64,000 bases of DNA, from contig CM126204.1 in the NCBI GenBank assembly GCA_052327205.1, positions 323,268,001 through 323,332,000 on the forward strand, given 5' to 3'. The DNA comes from Somniosus microcephalus. Taxonomy: Eukaryota. The position numbers and the translations under genes are program-made. Positions 52,922 through 64,000 of this stretch are shown here, piece by piece. Position 1 is the first letter of the stretch; each line of letters opens with the position of its first letter. The notes below the pieces were generated by a model. It saw only the letters and a list, made by a program, of their open reading frames with translations. It searched no databases and had not been told where the DNA came from.

Positions 52922-53489
52922 CTGTCGCAGGTCATGATACATAGCTGTACCTTCCATTCAACATTGTCATCACAACCTTGCGACCTTTGCTGGAGTGCCT
53001 GCCCACAAAATGATTAAGAAGTTATTTAAAAAATAATTCGTATATGTTGCTATCTAAAGTGGTTTAGAAAACTTTTACGACCCACTGGAGCAATGTGTAA
53101 CATCATCTAAACTTCCTGAATTGAATCTTGTAGAGTAATATTAGTATATATGTAAAAAAAATAGAAAACGAGTTCATCTTTCTTTCCATTAAAAAAAAAG
53201 TCTCGTCACTTTAATAGCTGACATATTAGCTGTCCTCTCCCCGTTCCAGTGAGCGGTATCACTTCGCTAAGGAATTTTCAGTCCAAGGCACTCCTCTAAA
53301 AAGTGAATGCAATTTTTTCCATTATTTGTAAAACTGGTTAAAAATGGACTTTGTGTTTTGAATGCATAGAAATATTTTTAAATCAATTTTGTGTAATTAT
53401 TTAAGGACTGAATGGTCTGTTAGAAAAAGCAGGGACCGGTGCCGAAGAGGCTTTGGTTCAGACTGCAGGGTGGAATTCAGGCAGTGCGC

Positions 53490-53700
53490 TTCAATGCTAG
53501 TCTGCTGCCACCTATCGGCCAATCGGCGCATGTGCGCCGTGTACTTTGCACTTTCACCTTTCGCTGGCGGTCACGTGACCCGACTGTTTCCAAGGCCTGG
53601 CGTAAGCTGAACACGATGCAGCCTCTTGGTTTGAATCTAATGACATCCTCTCTGTTTCTGTGACTTGCCCGGATCGGATTATAAAGGTGTAAAGTTCCCA
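53490..53700 (+). promoter_or_regulatory. Putative internal promoter of RNF220
   Basis: CpG-containing patch with GGCCAATCGG (CCAAT 53519-53523), NRF1-like GCGCATGTGCGC (53526-53537), palindromic E-box GGTCACGTGACC (53569-53580) and TATAAAG (53680-53686). Confidence 0.55.
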
Positions 53701-53712
53701 GCTGCTACATTC

Positions 53713-53805
53713 ATGCCAAGTAATATTGACAGATTCTCCCATTTTAATCCTGCAATGGACCCAGCAGTAATGGAGGATACAGAACAGACCAATGGCAAGG
53801 AGGAA
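53713..53805 (+). CDS. RNF220: Candidate alternative first coding exon of a short RNF220 isoform, MPSNIDRFSHFNPAMDPAVMEDTEQTNGKEE
   Basis: In-frame ATGs at 53713, 53755 (gcaATGg, strong Kozak) and 53770. Donor GAA|gtaggt is phase 0, and a 153-nt intron leads to the phase-0 exon at 53959. Confidence 0.55.
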
Positions 53806-53958
53806 GTAGGTTTTGTTTACATCCTGTGCAGTTAGGCAATGAGAGAATCCACTGCAATCCAGCTGCTTCAGGCAGATTTTTCACAGATATTCAAGCAGAA
53901 TCTGACAGTTTGAGTGCCTCTTGTTTATTTTTCACCTTTCTTTTCTGTTTTTCTTTAG

Positions 53959-54001
53959 ACATTTTTGCGAGTAAGGTCCAACAGGCAAGCAAGGCTGAAT
54001 G
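53959..54001 (+). CDS. RNF220: RNF220 internal coding exon (43 nt, phase 0/1), TFLRVRSNRQARLN(A)
   Basis: Acceptor ttttctgtttttctttag, donor ATG|gtaagg. Matches human TFLRVRANRQTRLNA, the residues directly after HSDRYQ. Confidence 0.95.
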
Positions 54002-54724
54002 GTAAGGTTATGTTGACTGATAACGCAACTTTTTAATATTGATTTGGGAAAAAGCTGCTTTTTTTGGAAGGACGGGTTGGAATTACAGTGACATATTTTG
54101 AAAAATATATCCAAACGTATGCTTTGAAGTTGTAATCTATCATTGTTTTCCGCATTCCTGAATTTTCCATTGCAAGTGTTTAATAAGCAAACTTAATGTT
54201 AAGTTGAGTAACTTTTTGCCTATTTATTTTGAATGGGAGGAAGTGACGCACTAATAGTTGTTGCACTAGTACCTATACTTTCAATATCAACACTTTTATA
54301 GCTATGATGATTTCGTCCAATCTTTATAGTGCTCTTATATTTATATTGTAGTTTTGTTCTTTTAAAAACGTATATTCAATAAATCATAAAAGTTCTTTGT
54401 AAGCAACTCCGCAGAGTGCTCTAGCCATTGCCATCTACACTGTCAACAAAGGCTATCCCAAAACAGAATAAAGACACCACCATCAAACTCACAGTGTAAA
54501 CTTTAAAAAATGCCACAACATCATGACCATTATGGAATGATTACAATGGAATCGCTTCTCAGAGTTCAGATATAACAGTTATAAACTAGCTGGGCTTTGC
54601 TCTTCTGGTATATGACATCATCTGAGGTGTCGGTTAGATCACTGTTTTATATTCACTCTCAGCTACAGTCTCTTTTGTAGCTTTTCTAATGTAATTTCTA
54701 GCTGTAACTTTTTGTAGTGGGTAC

Positions 54725-57653
54725 TAGGGCAGTGAATGAATCGCACTTAACTTCTGCAATTAATGGGTAGGTTTTTTGGAGATTCATTGTTCAAACAAGT
54801 GAATGAGGCCAGCACACTGCACCCACCATTTCACCCTGGACAGAATGACCATTCCCAGGACCTTAAAGCTTGAGTCTGTGCCTGCGCCCCCCTGTCATAA
54901 ACCCAAGTCGGTGCCTGCCCCCACCCTGCCATGGTCCGTGCCCACCCTCGTCAAGACCCGAGTCCGTACCCGCCCCCACCCCGGCACGGCCCGAGTCCGT
55001 GCCCGCCCCCACCCCCGTCACGGCCAGGTGCCTGCCTGACCCCACCCCTGCCAAGACCCGAGTCCGTGCCCACCCTCGTCAAGACCCGAGTCCGTGCCCA
55101 CCCTCGTCAAGACCCGAGTCCGTACCCACCCTCGCCCTGTCATGGCCCGAGTCCGTGCCCGCCCCCACCCTCACCCTGTCAATGGCCCGAGTCCGTGCCC
55201 GCCCCCACCCCCGTCACGGCCAAGTGCCTGCCTGACCCCACCCCTGTCAAGACCCGAGTCCGTGCCCATCCCTGTCAAGACCCAAGTCTGTGCCCACCCC
55301 TGTCACGGCCCGAATCCATTCCCGCCCCCACCCTGTCACGGCTGAGTCCCTGCCTGACCCCGCCCCCACCCCCGTCAAGACTCGAGTCCGTGCCCACCCC
55401 CACCCCCGTCAAAGCCCGAGTCCGTGCCCACCCCTCTCACGGCCCGAATCCATTCCCGCCCCCACCTTGTCACGGCTGAGTCCCTGCCTGACCCCGCCCC
55501 CACCCCCGTCAAGGCCCGAATCCGTGCCCACCCCGTCAAGGCCCATGTCTATGCCCGCCCCCACCCCAGTCATGGCCCGCGTCCGTGCCCACCCTCACCC
55601 CCGTCATGGCCCGTGTCCGTGCCCGCCTCCACCCCTGTCATGGCCCGAGTCTGTCCCCACCCCCGTCACGGCCGGAGTCCGTGCCCGCCCCCACCCCAGT
55701 CACGGCCCATGTCCGTGCCCACCCTCACCCCCGTCACGGCCCGTGCCTGCCTCCACCCCTGTCATGGCCCGAGTCTGTGCCCGCCCCCAGCCCCGTCATG
55801 GCCCGAGCCCGTGCCCGCCCCCAGCCCCGTCATGGCCCGAGCCCGTGCCCGCCCCCAGCCCCGTCATGGCCCGAGTCTGTGCCCGCCCCCAGCCCCGTCA
55901 CGGCCCGAGTCCGTGCCCGCCCCCAGCCCCGTCACGGCCCGAGTCCGTGCCCGCCCCCAGCCCCGTCACGGCCCGAGTCCATGCCCGCCCCCAGCCCCGT
56001 CACGGCCCGAGTCCGTGCCCGCCCCCAGCCCCGTCACGGCCCGAGTCCGTGCCCGCCCCCAGCCCCGTCACGGCCCGAGTCCGTGCCCGCCCCCCGTCAC
56101 GGCCCGAGTCCGTGCCCGCCCCCAGCCCCGTCACGGCCCGAGTCCGTGCCCGCCCCCAGCCCCGTCACGGCCCGAGTCCGTGCCAGCCCCGTCACGGCCC
56201 GAGTCCGTGCCCGCCCCGTCGCGGCCCGAGTCCGTGCCCGCCCCGTCGCGGCCCGAGTCCGTGCCCGCCCCGTCGCGGCCCGAGTCCGTGCCCGCCCCGT
56301 CGCGGCCCGAGTCCGTGCCCGCCCCGTCGCGGCCCGAGTCCGTGCCCGCCCCGTCGCGGCCCGAGTCCGTGCCCGCCCCGTCGCGGCCCGAGTCCGTGCC
56401 CGCCCCGTCGCGGCCCGAGTCCGTGCCCGCCCCGTCGCGGCCCGAGTCCGTGCCCGCCCCGTCGCGGCCCGAGTCCGTGCCCGCCCCGTCGCGGCCCGAG
56501 TCCGTGCCCGCCCCGTCGCGGCCCGAGTCCGTGCCCGCCCCGTCGCGGCCCGAGTCCGTGCCCGCCCCGTCGCGGCCCGAGTCCGTGCCCGCCCCGTCGC
56601 GGCCCGAGTCCGTGCCCGCCCCGTCGCGGCCCGAGTCCGTGCCCGCCCCGTCGCGGCCCGAGTCCGTGCCCGCCCCGTCGCGGCCCGAGTCCGTGCCCGC
56701 CACGGCCCGAGCCCGTTCACGGCCCGAGCCCGTGCCCCCCCCGTCACGGCCCGAGCCCGCGCCCGCCCCGTCACGGCCCGAGCCCGCGCCCGCCCCGTCA
56801 CGGCCCGAGCCCGCCCCGTCACGGCCCGTGCCCGCCCCGTCACGGCCCGAGCCCGTGCCCGCCCCCGCCCCGTCACGGCCCGAGCCCGCCCCCGCCCCGT
56901 CACGGCCCGAGCCCGCCCCCGCCCCGTCACGGCCCGTGCCCGCCCCGTCACGGCCCGTGCCCGCCCCCGTCACGGCCCGTGCCCGCCCCCGTCACGGCCC
57001 GCGCCCGCCCCCGTCACGGCCCGCGCCCGCCCCGTCACGGCCCGCGCCCGCCCCGTCACGGCCCGAGTCCGCGCCCGCCCCGTCACGGCCCGAGTCCGCG
57101 CCCGCCCCGTCACGGCCCGAGTCCGCGCCCGCCCCGTCACGGCCCGAGTCCGCGCCCGCCCCGTCACGGCCCGAGTCCGCGCCCGCCCCGTCACGGCCCG
57201 AGTCCGCGCCCGCCCCGTCACGGCCCGAGTCCGCGCCCGCCCCGTCACGGCCCGAGCCCGCGCCCGCCCCCAGCCCCGTCACGGCCCGAGCCCGCGCCCG
57301 CCCCCAGCCCCGTCACGGCCCGAGCCCTCGCCCGCCCCCAGCCCCGTCACGGCCCGAGCCCGTGCCCGCCCCCAGCCCCGTCACGGCTCGAGTTCGTATC
57401 CCCCAACTACAAAATTTCCTGAACAAGTTCCATTTATTTTTCTGTTGCTTTTCCAGAAATAGAAAAATAGGAAAAAAGGATTTATAGTCTGGGTTGGTTT
57501 TTGGATGATAACAGCATCAATAATAATATAAACTTGAATAAGATGGTTGTAATTGTATCAATTAAATTTGCGATTAAAACCAAGATTAACAGATAAAAAA
57601 ATTTAATTGTGGGATTAATTGCGATTAATAATTTTTACTGGCTTTCAGCCCTA
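54725..57653. mobile_element. hAT-type non-autonomous element enclosing the minisatellite
   Basis: Termini TAGGGCAG...CAGCCCTA, subterminal gcgattaa motifs, 8-bp TSD gtgggtac/ttgggtac (7/8). Confidence 0.72.
54870..57395. repeat. GC/CpG-rich minisatellite with 27- and 34-bp units
   Basis: 18 perfect 27-mers (gtcgcggcccgagtccgtgcccgcccc) from 56218 to about 56700, 34-mers at about 55770-56170, a second 27-mer variant at about 57050-57245, degenerate edges. Confidence 0.97.
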
Positions 57654-58253
57654 TTGGGTACTAATCTGTGTGCGTAGAAATGTGATGAAAAACTTGAAAG
57701 ACTATTTGCTATATTCCTTTAATTACTATAGTTGTCCAGATTGAAATTCCTCATATTCAATATTATGGCCAGTTATGTAGAGAATAAGATACCTAGAAGT
57801 GATTAGTAGACGGTAAACTTATTGAGAGGTTTAAGCAGCATCATAAACTGCGAACCAAATTGGAGTAGTTAATAACTGGTATTGAAATGTTATTGATACT
57901 TAGAAATATGAACCGTCTGTGTACAGTTGTACTTCAATTTTCCCTCTCGAGTGTTTGAGTGTTGAAGTGGGTGGGGTGTCAATAGTGCAGCTAAGTGGAC
58001 CTTTTTTCAATTGTTATTGAGAAATGAAGGTGAAGAGCCACATGAAAGGAAGAGTGAGGCACAAAACCTTCCAGGCAGCTAGAACAACATCAGTTACTCC
58101 ACTGGCACAAGTAGCACCAAAAGGGCAGTTGTAATGGAGAAAGGGTAAAGATTGTCCCAGTTGGCTGACTTTTAGTTGTAAACAAGACAGGTCTGATTTA
58201 CACCGACTATTTTGTTGTACAGGATTCTGCAAGAGGTTTTCAAGTTTCATGTA

Positions 58254-58587
58254 CAGGAAACTTTCTGGTATCCGGCACTGATGGGACCGAGCTGGTGCCG
58301 TACCATCAGAACTGCCGTAGAAACCAGCGCTCATGTTAAAACATACGGAGCTTTTGAACTCCGTGTGAATCAACAAACCCTGTTGCTTAGCAACAGCTTC
58401 AAAACAGTCGGCCGCAGCTTAAAAGCGTCTCTGTAGCTAAGCAACAGCTTCAGCTAGATCTTGCAGAGCCTGACTGGGAAAAAAAAAGCAACGAGAAGTA
58501 AAAAAACTTATAGGAAACGGCTCCTGAATTTTGCCGGTAGATAGAGCTTTCCGGACATTTAACCTCCGGTTAAACGAAAGTTTCCTG
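58254..58587. mobile_element. Tc1/mariner (pogo/Tigger-like) MITE
   Basis: ta|CAGGAAACTTTC...GAAAGTTTCCTG|ta: perfect 12-bp TIR and TA TSD. Confidence 0.8.
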
Positions 58588-59528
58588 TAGTTGATGTCCA
58601 TATTGAATGATTATTTATAATTAAACTGCAAGCTCAGCCTGCAATAATCTGTAGTTGGCTATTTGGAGATAATCCAGTCTGCCTGTCTTTATTTATTTAC
58701 CTATAAATAAAACTTTTCCATCATTAACTGTCATTCGCCCCAATCATAACTATAAAATTGCTACATTTTGAGCCTGCAAAAAAAAAGAGTAATATGACTT
58801 TAACTTCACATGTAAACCAATTTCAAAGATATTCCAAATGTTGAATTTTCATTTAATTCATATGCACTCACGGTTCCCTGTTCCTTCATTCCTCTGTAGA
58901 GTACTGGAATTAGGCAGCTAGTCTATCAAAACCATGACAACTGTCACTGCTCCACCAGTGTAATAGAACCATAGCATGCTGTATAGATATGGCTGAGAGC
59001 TAAAGGGTTGCAGGAAGTTTGCAAAAGCCTCTGTAGGAAGCATCCTGTGTGTTGGTGCAGAGTGCAACAAGTGTACTTGCGGGATTATGTGGGGTCGTTG
59101 GCAAGTTCATCAGGCCAGTCTGCGAGCAGTGCACCCCTATTACTTACAAGCCCTGTATTACTTGAGGAATGAGGTAGTATTGGAAAGGATGAGTTGATGT
59201 GGCAACCTACTGTCACCCAACAGTTCAATCCTTGTATGTGTTTAGGAGAGAGGGAGAGGAGTGGGACCTTCTCAGATGATTGCAGCTTCCTGGCGATGGA
59301 ACTACCCAGATGGCGCTGAATGGTAAAAGGCAGTCTTTGAATAGATTTATAGTTGCTGCACTAGTTAGAAGGGTTTCACTTTGGGTACGAGAGTATTTGC
59401 AGTAGATAACCCAATATATATAGCCCTGAAATGTGCTTGTTGTTTTAAATGGTACATTTATGGCCATAATTTCTACTCGGGTGTTGAGTTTAAAAATAAA
59501 TTCCAGCTTTTGATATTCTCATTAGCAT

Positions 59529-59871
59529 ATCACAGAATCACAGAAACCCCACAGTGCAGATAGAGGCCATTTCGGCCCATCGAGCCTGCACCGACACATA
59601 TCCCACCCGATCCCCGTAACCCCAACACATATCCCACCCTATCCCTGTAACCCCACCTATTTAATCCCCCTAACACTAAGGGTCAATTTATCATAGCCAA
59701 TCAACCTAACCCGCACATCTTTGGACTGTGGGAGGAAACCGGAGCACCCGGAGAAAACCCACGCAAACACGGGGAGAATGTGCAAACTCCACACAGACAG
59801 TCGCCCGAGGCCGGATTCGAACCCGGGCCTCTGGCGCTGTGAGGCAACAGTGCTAACCACTATGCCACCGT
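59529..59871 (-). mobile_element. HE1-type V-SINE, full length
   Basis: tRNA head (A box tggcatagtggttag, B box ggttcgaatcc), V-domain, CR1-type tail. Confidence 0.9.
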
Positions 59872-60323
59872 CTTGGAACTGAAGCTCCGAATCTATACTA
59901 CAGCAGGTCTTAAATTCGGCTGTGTCTTTAACAATATGCCATATGTAATCATATATAGAATGTTTACGGAATCAACTACCCATTTTATCAAAAATTTTCA
60001 GCAATTAATCTCGCAGTATGAGTGTTGTCATAAGTCAATGATACAGAATTGACTGTATTTCTCAGCAATTCTGACAGGAGGTGGTAACATTAAAATGAAC
60101 CTGAATATGATTCAAACAATATAGTTTGAAAAATAGTAAATGCCCTGGAATGATTACATATATATGCTAACACAGTGGCTGAAGTCTGTTATGGGGCAGT
60201 AACATAATTTGAGGGCTCAGATGTTGTCAAGACAACAAAGCTTGAGTGGTTCGTTAAATGTCATCTTAACCCTGAGATGTGTTGCATCTTTGAAAGGTCT
60301 CCAGCCAGTAAGTGTATTGAATA

Positions 60324-60527
60324 AAAAGCAAAATACTGTACACGCTGCAATAAAAACTGAAAATGCTGGGAACACTCAGCAGACCAGGCAGCATCTGTGG
60401 AGGGAGGACGGCAGGGTTAATGTCTCACAAAGAAAGGGCACCGACCTAAAACGTTAACCTTGTCTGCCTCTCTCCACAGATGCTGCCTGACTTACTGAGT
60501 GTTTCTGGCATTTTCTGTGTTTATTTC
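60324..60527. mobile_element. Older palindromic Penelope-pLTR-like insertion
   Basis: Inverted arms at about 60349-60420 and 60454-60525, 13-bp TSD agtgtattgaata/agtgtatggaata. Confidence 0.68.
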
Positions 60528-61574
60528 AGTGTATGGAATAGTTGTATTTCAATTTTAGCAAGTGTTTTGTTTTCCTGCCCATGTTGAGTGTTTTTGGCAG
60601 ATAGTGTCCAACCGCACGCTCATCCAATTGAGTTATTTGATTTAAACTGAAGTGCTATTGCACTGCTTGAGTTTCATGATGAAGCAGTCACCTAATGCAC
60701 CACGCGGGCCACCCCCACCTGTGCATTATTCAGTTTGGTCACTGGTTGCAAGAAAATAGTGTTGCTCTGCTATCCATTGTATAAGGTGAAAGAGAAATGC
60801 GAGAAAATCTTAGGAGAATTACATAAATTTCTTTTCAGTCCAAGATAATTATCACTTTAAACAGACAGGTGCCTGTAAAGGTCTGGGCTGTTGTGTGAAG
60901 TGCATTTTTACTTTATGTACCTGCATCCTTACTTTATATTCGCTAAGTCCTGGGAGACATCCTTCTTCAAAGTATATGCCATACTCCAACAGCAGTCAAG
61001 GAGCGGGGGAGGGATCCTTGCATCGCACGCATGGTAGTTGTCACTGTTGGATGGAGCCTGTTGTTTCATTGATCATTTTTTTAATATATAGAATCTCTTG
61101 TCAAGTTGTTGTGCCTAAGTAATTGGCTGTGTAGATCTCAGTCTTTCACTCAGATGCCCAGTTATTTTTTCTCTCGCAAACCTTCCCCTCTATTGCCAAA
61201 ATAAGTTACAGGATCTGACAATTGCTAGTGTGCTAAAGGCATCTCGTGGTAATTGAAGCTGATTGATGCCCCTGGTATGGGCTGTACTATTAGCAGCTTG
61301 TATGTCCTCGGATGGTGATACCTCTCGCTCTTGCGCTCTCTCTCACACACGTCAAGAAATCTGGTAGAGAATGACTTAACACCCTATTGCCGCTGTCAGT
61401 GGACCGTGTTTGGAAGATAACATACTATGGGTGAGGATGTGACTTTTCTCTACGCAATTTTATAGTAATAAACTTTAAAATATTTTAGGGACAAAAGCTT
61501 ACAAATATCCAGCCTGGTTGCATCTCTATCCGTTTAGTGCCATGACATATTGAAAGAAGAAAGACCTTGTATTT

Positions 61575-62845
61575 ACATAAGAACATAAGAAATAGGAGCA
61601 GGAGTCAGTGATTTGGCCCTTTGAGATAGCTCCGCCATTCAATAAGATCATGGCTGATCTTCTACCTCAACTCCACCTTCCTGCATTATCCCCATATCCC
61701 TTAGTATCCGAAAATCTATCGCTCTCTGTCTAGAATATACTCAATGACTGAGCCTCCACAGCCCTCGGGGGTAGAGAATTCCAAAGATTCACCACCCTCT
61801 GAGTGAAGAAATTTCTCCTCATCTCAGTCCTAAATGGCCGATCCCTTATTCTGAGACTGTGACCCCCCGGTTCTAGACTCCCCAGCCAGGGGAAACATCC
61901 TCCCAGCATCTACCCTCTCAAGCCCCTTAGAATTTATACGTTTCAATGACATCACCTCTCATTCTTAAAAGCTCTAGGGAATATAGGCCTAGTCTCCTCA
62001 ATCTCTCCTCATAGGACAATCCCCCATCCCAGGAATCAGTCTAGTGAACCTTTGTTGCACTCCCTCTAAGGCAAGTAGGTAAGGAGACCAAAACTGTACA
62101 CAGTACTCCAGATGTGGTCACACCAAGGCCCTATATAATTGCAGTAAGACTTCTTTACTCTAATACTCCAATCCTTTTGTAATAAAGGTTAACATACCAT
62201 TCGCATTCCTAATTGCTGTACCTGCATGTTAACTTTCTGTGATTTGTGCACAAGGACACCTAGGTCCCTCTGAATACCAACATTTCCCAATCTCTCACCA
62301 TTTAAAAAATATTCTGCATTACTATTTTTCCTACCAAAGTGGATAACTTCACATTTCTCCACATTATATTCCATCTGCCATGTTCTTACCCACTCACTTA
62401 ACCTGTCTATACCCCCTTGAAGACTCTTTACATCCTCATTACAGCACGGTGGCATAGTGGTTAGCACTGTTGCCTCCCAGCGCCAGGGACCCGGGTTCGA
62501 ATCCGGCCTCGGGCGACTGTCTGTGTGGAGTTTGCACATTCTCCCCGTGTTTGCGTGGGTTTCCTCCGGGTGCTCCGGTTTCCTCCCACAGTCCAAAGAT
62601 GTGCAAGTTAGGTTGATTGGCTGTGATAAATTGACCCTTAGTGTTAGGGGGATTAAATACGTGGGTTACGGGGATAGGGTGGGATATGTGTTGGTGTAGG
62701 GGTTACGGGGATCGGGTGGGATATGTGTCGGTGCAGGCTCGATGGGCCGAAATGGCCTCTATCTGCACTGTGGGGTTTCTGTGATTTCTGTGATTCTCAC
62801 AACTTAGTTCCCCACCTAGCTTTGTATCATCAGCAAACTTGTATA
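61575..62845 (-). mobile_element. CR1 LINE 3' portion split by an HE1 SINE
   Basis: WQMEYNVEKCEVIHFGRKN...QRDLGVLVHKSQKV on the minus strand, acataagaacataagaa tail, resumes at about 62797. Confidence 0.88.
62442..62797 (+). mobile_element. HE1-type V-SINE, full length
   Basis: Near-identical inverted counterpart of 59529-59871. Confidence 0.9.
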
Positions 62846-62862
62846 GCGTCTTTCTCTACGTC

Positions 62863-63226
62863 CCATAGCCAATGAAGTACTTTTGAAGTGTAGCCACTGT
62901 TGTAATGCAGGGAAGCACAGCAGCCAAGGTCCAATAAACAGCAAATTGTTTGAGTGGTGTTGGTTGAGGGGTTAATGTTGGAACTGACAATTCGAGAACT
63001 CCCCTGCTCCACTTCGAATAGTGCAATGGAATCTTTTGCACCCGCCTGAGGGCGCAGGCAGGGACTTGGTTTAACCCAAAGCACAATGCCTCCGACAGTG
63101 CAGCGCTCCTGTAGTACTGCACTGAAGTGTCAGCCTAGGTTATTTGTTCAAGTGTTTGAATAGGAATTGAACCCGTGATCTTTTGGCTCCGAGGTGGGAG
63201 TGCTGTCACCGAGTCGAAGCTGACAC
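62863..63226 (-). mobile_element. SacSINE1-like DeuSINE, 3'-truncated
   Basis: Colinear with 1420-1818. Confidence 0.72.
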
Positions 63227-64000
63227 TACATTGGCTCATCTTTGCATGGAGCTTTGGCAACGAGGAATCCTGGTTCAGTTCTAAAGCTGCTGGGTCGTTG
63301 CCCTCAATTGTGTTGTTGTGGAGAAGTGCTGAGCACAGGGCAGGTGGCTCTCCAGGAGAAAGGAGAGGAAGAAAACAGATAATTCTCGCTTAGCTAGTGT
63401 CACAGAAATCTTGGCAGCTGGCCAGAGTGGCAGTGGTGGAGTTCTGATGTCAGGACACCTAACTACCATCTTGGCTGCAGATAATGTGTGGACTGATCAA
63501 TCTTCAATGCCTTTTTAGCATTTTCTAGCCATTTTCACAGTTTGGCTCACACTGATTACATCTTGTGACTGTCATGGGCTGCAAGGTTGACGAGGGGTAA
63601 CCTTCTTGCCATCTATAATATGTCGATAAACAAGATCCTGTCTGCATCTTGTCATTCCTTTGGGTTCACATCAATAACAGGTTTCCTAATTAACCACAAA
63701 GAGTATTTCAGTTTGTTTGTGCAGATATCCCTGGAGACTAATGGATACTCTAACTAAGAGAGAATGCTCTGAAAACACCGAACTGCTTTCCCATATCCTT
63801 ATGGTAGTATGGGGAGGGTCAGTGGGGGGATCACACGTGTAGCTGGTGGGTCTAACAATACAGCTGAGAATGTAGGAATCCCACATGGTAGTGCTGTTGT
63901 AGACCATTGGAAACACATGAAGGGTGTTAGCTTGTAGCGATTACCAATCTCTTTCAAATTATCAGGATTGACTGCAAACCAATATGGTGGGAATATTGGC

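Noticed and set aside
56190-56705. Regular 27-bp repeats as a CRISPR array
   Set aside because: Head-to-tail units with no unique spacers, in a vertebrate intron.
55290-57487. 600-700 aa Pro/Arg-rich ORFs in three frames plus antisense ORFs
   Set aside because: Artefact of a stop-free GC minisatellite: all frames are open, and there are no credible starts or splice signals.
62442-62520. tRNA-like sequences (also about 1760-1818, 3024-3090, 59800-59871)
   Set aside because: SINE heads continuous with SINE bodies, not tRNA genes.

Overview
Vertebrate genomic DNA, almost certainly a cartilaginous fish (shark): HE1-type V-SINEs, SacSINE1-like DeuSINEs, CR1/L2/Rex1 LINEs and many TIR elements. 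The window lies inside the E3 ligase gene RNF220 (+ strand). Three small coding exons match the human protein as I recall it: 27617-27662, 45688-45783 and 53959-54001. The rest is intron with repeats and several CNE-like unique blocks. Best leads: (1) an internal promoter with an in-frame alternative first exon that would give an N-truncated RNF220; (2) a frame-preserving 75-nt cassette exon; (3) palindromic Penelope-pLTR-like retro-insertions with hammerhead ribozyme cores and long TSDs; (4) a 2.5-kb CpG-rich minisatellite inside a hAT element; (5) a four-hairpin cassette in nested Harbinger-like MITEs. No searches were run, so family names come from recognition and repeat boundaries are approximate.
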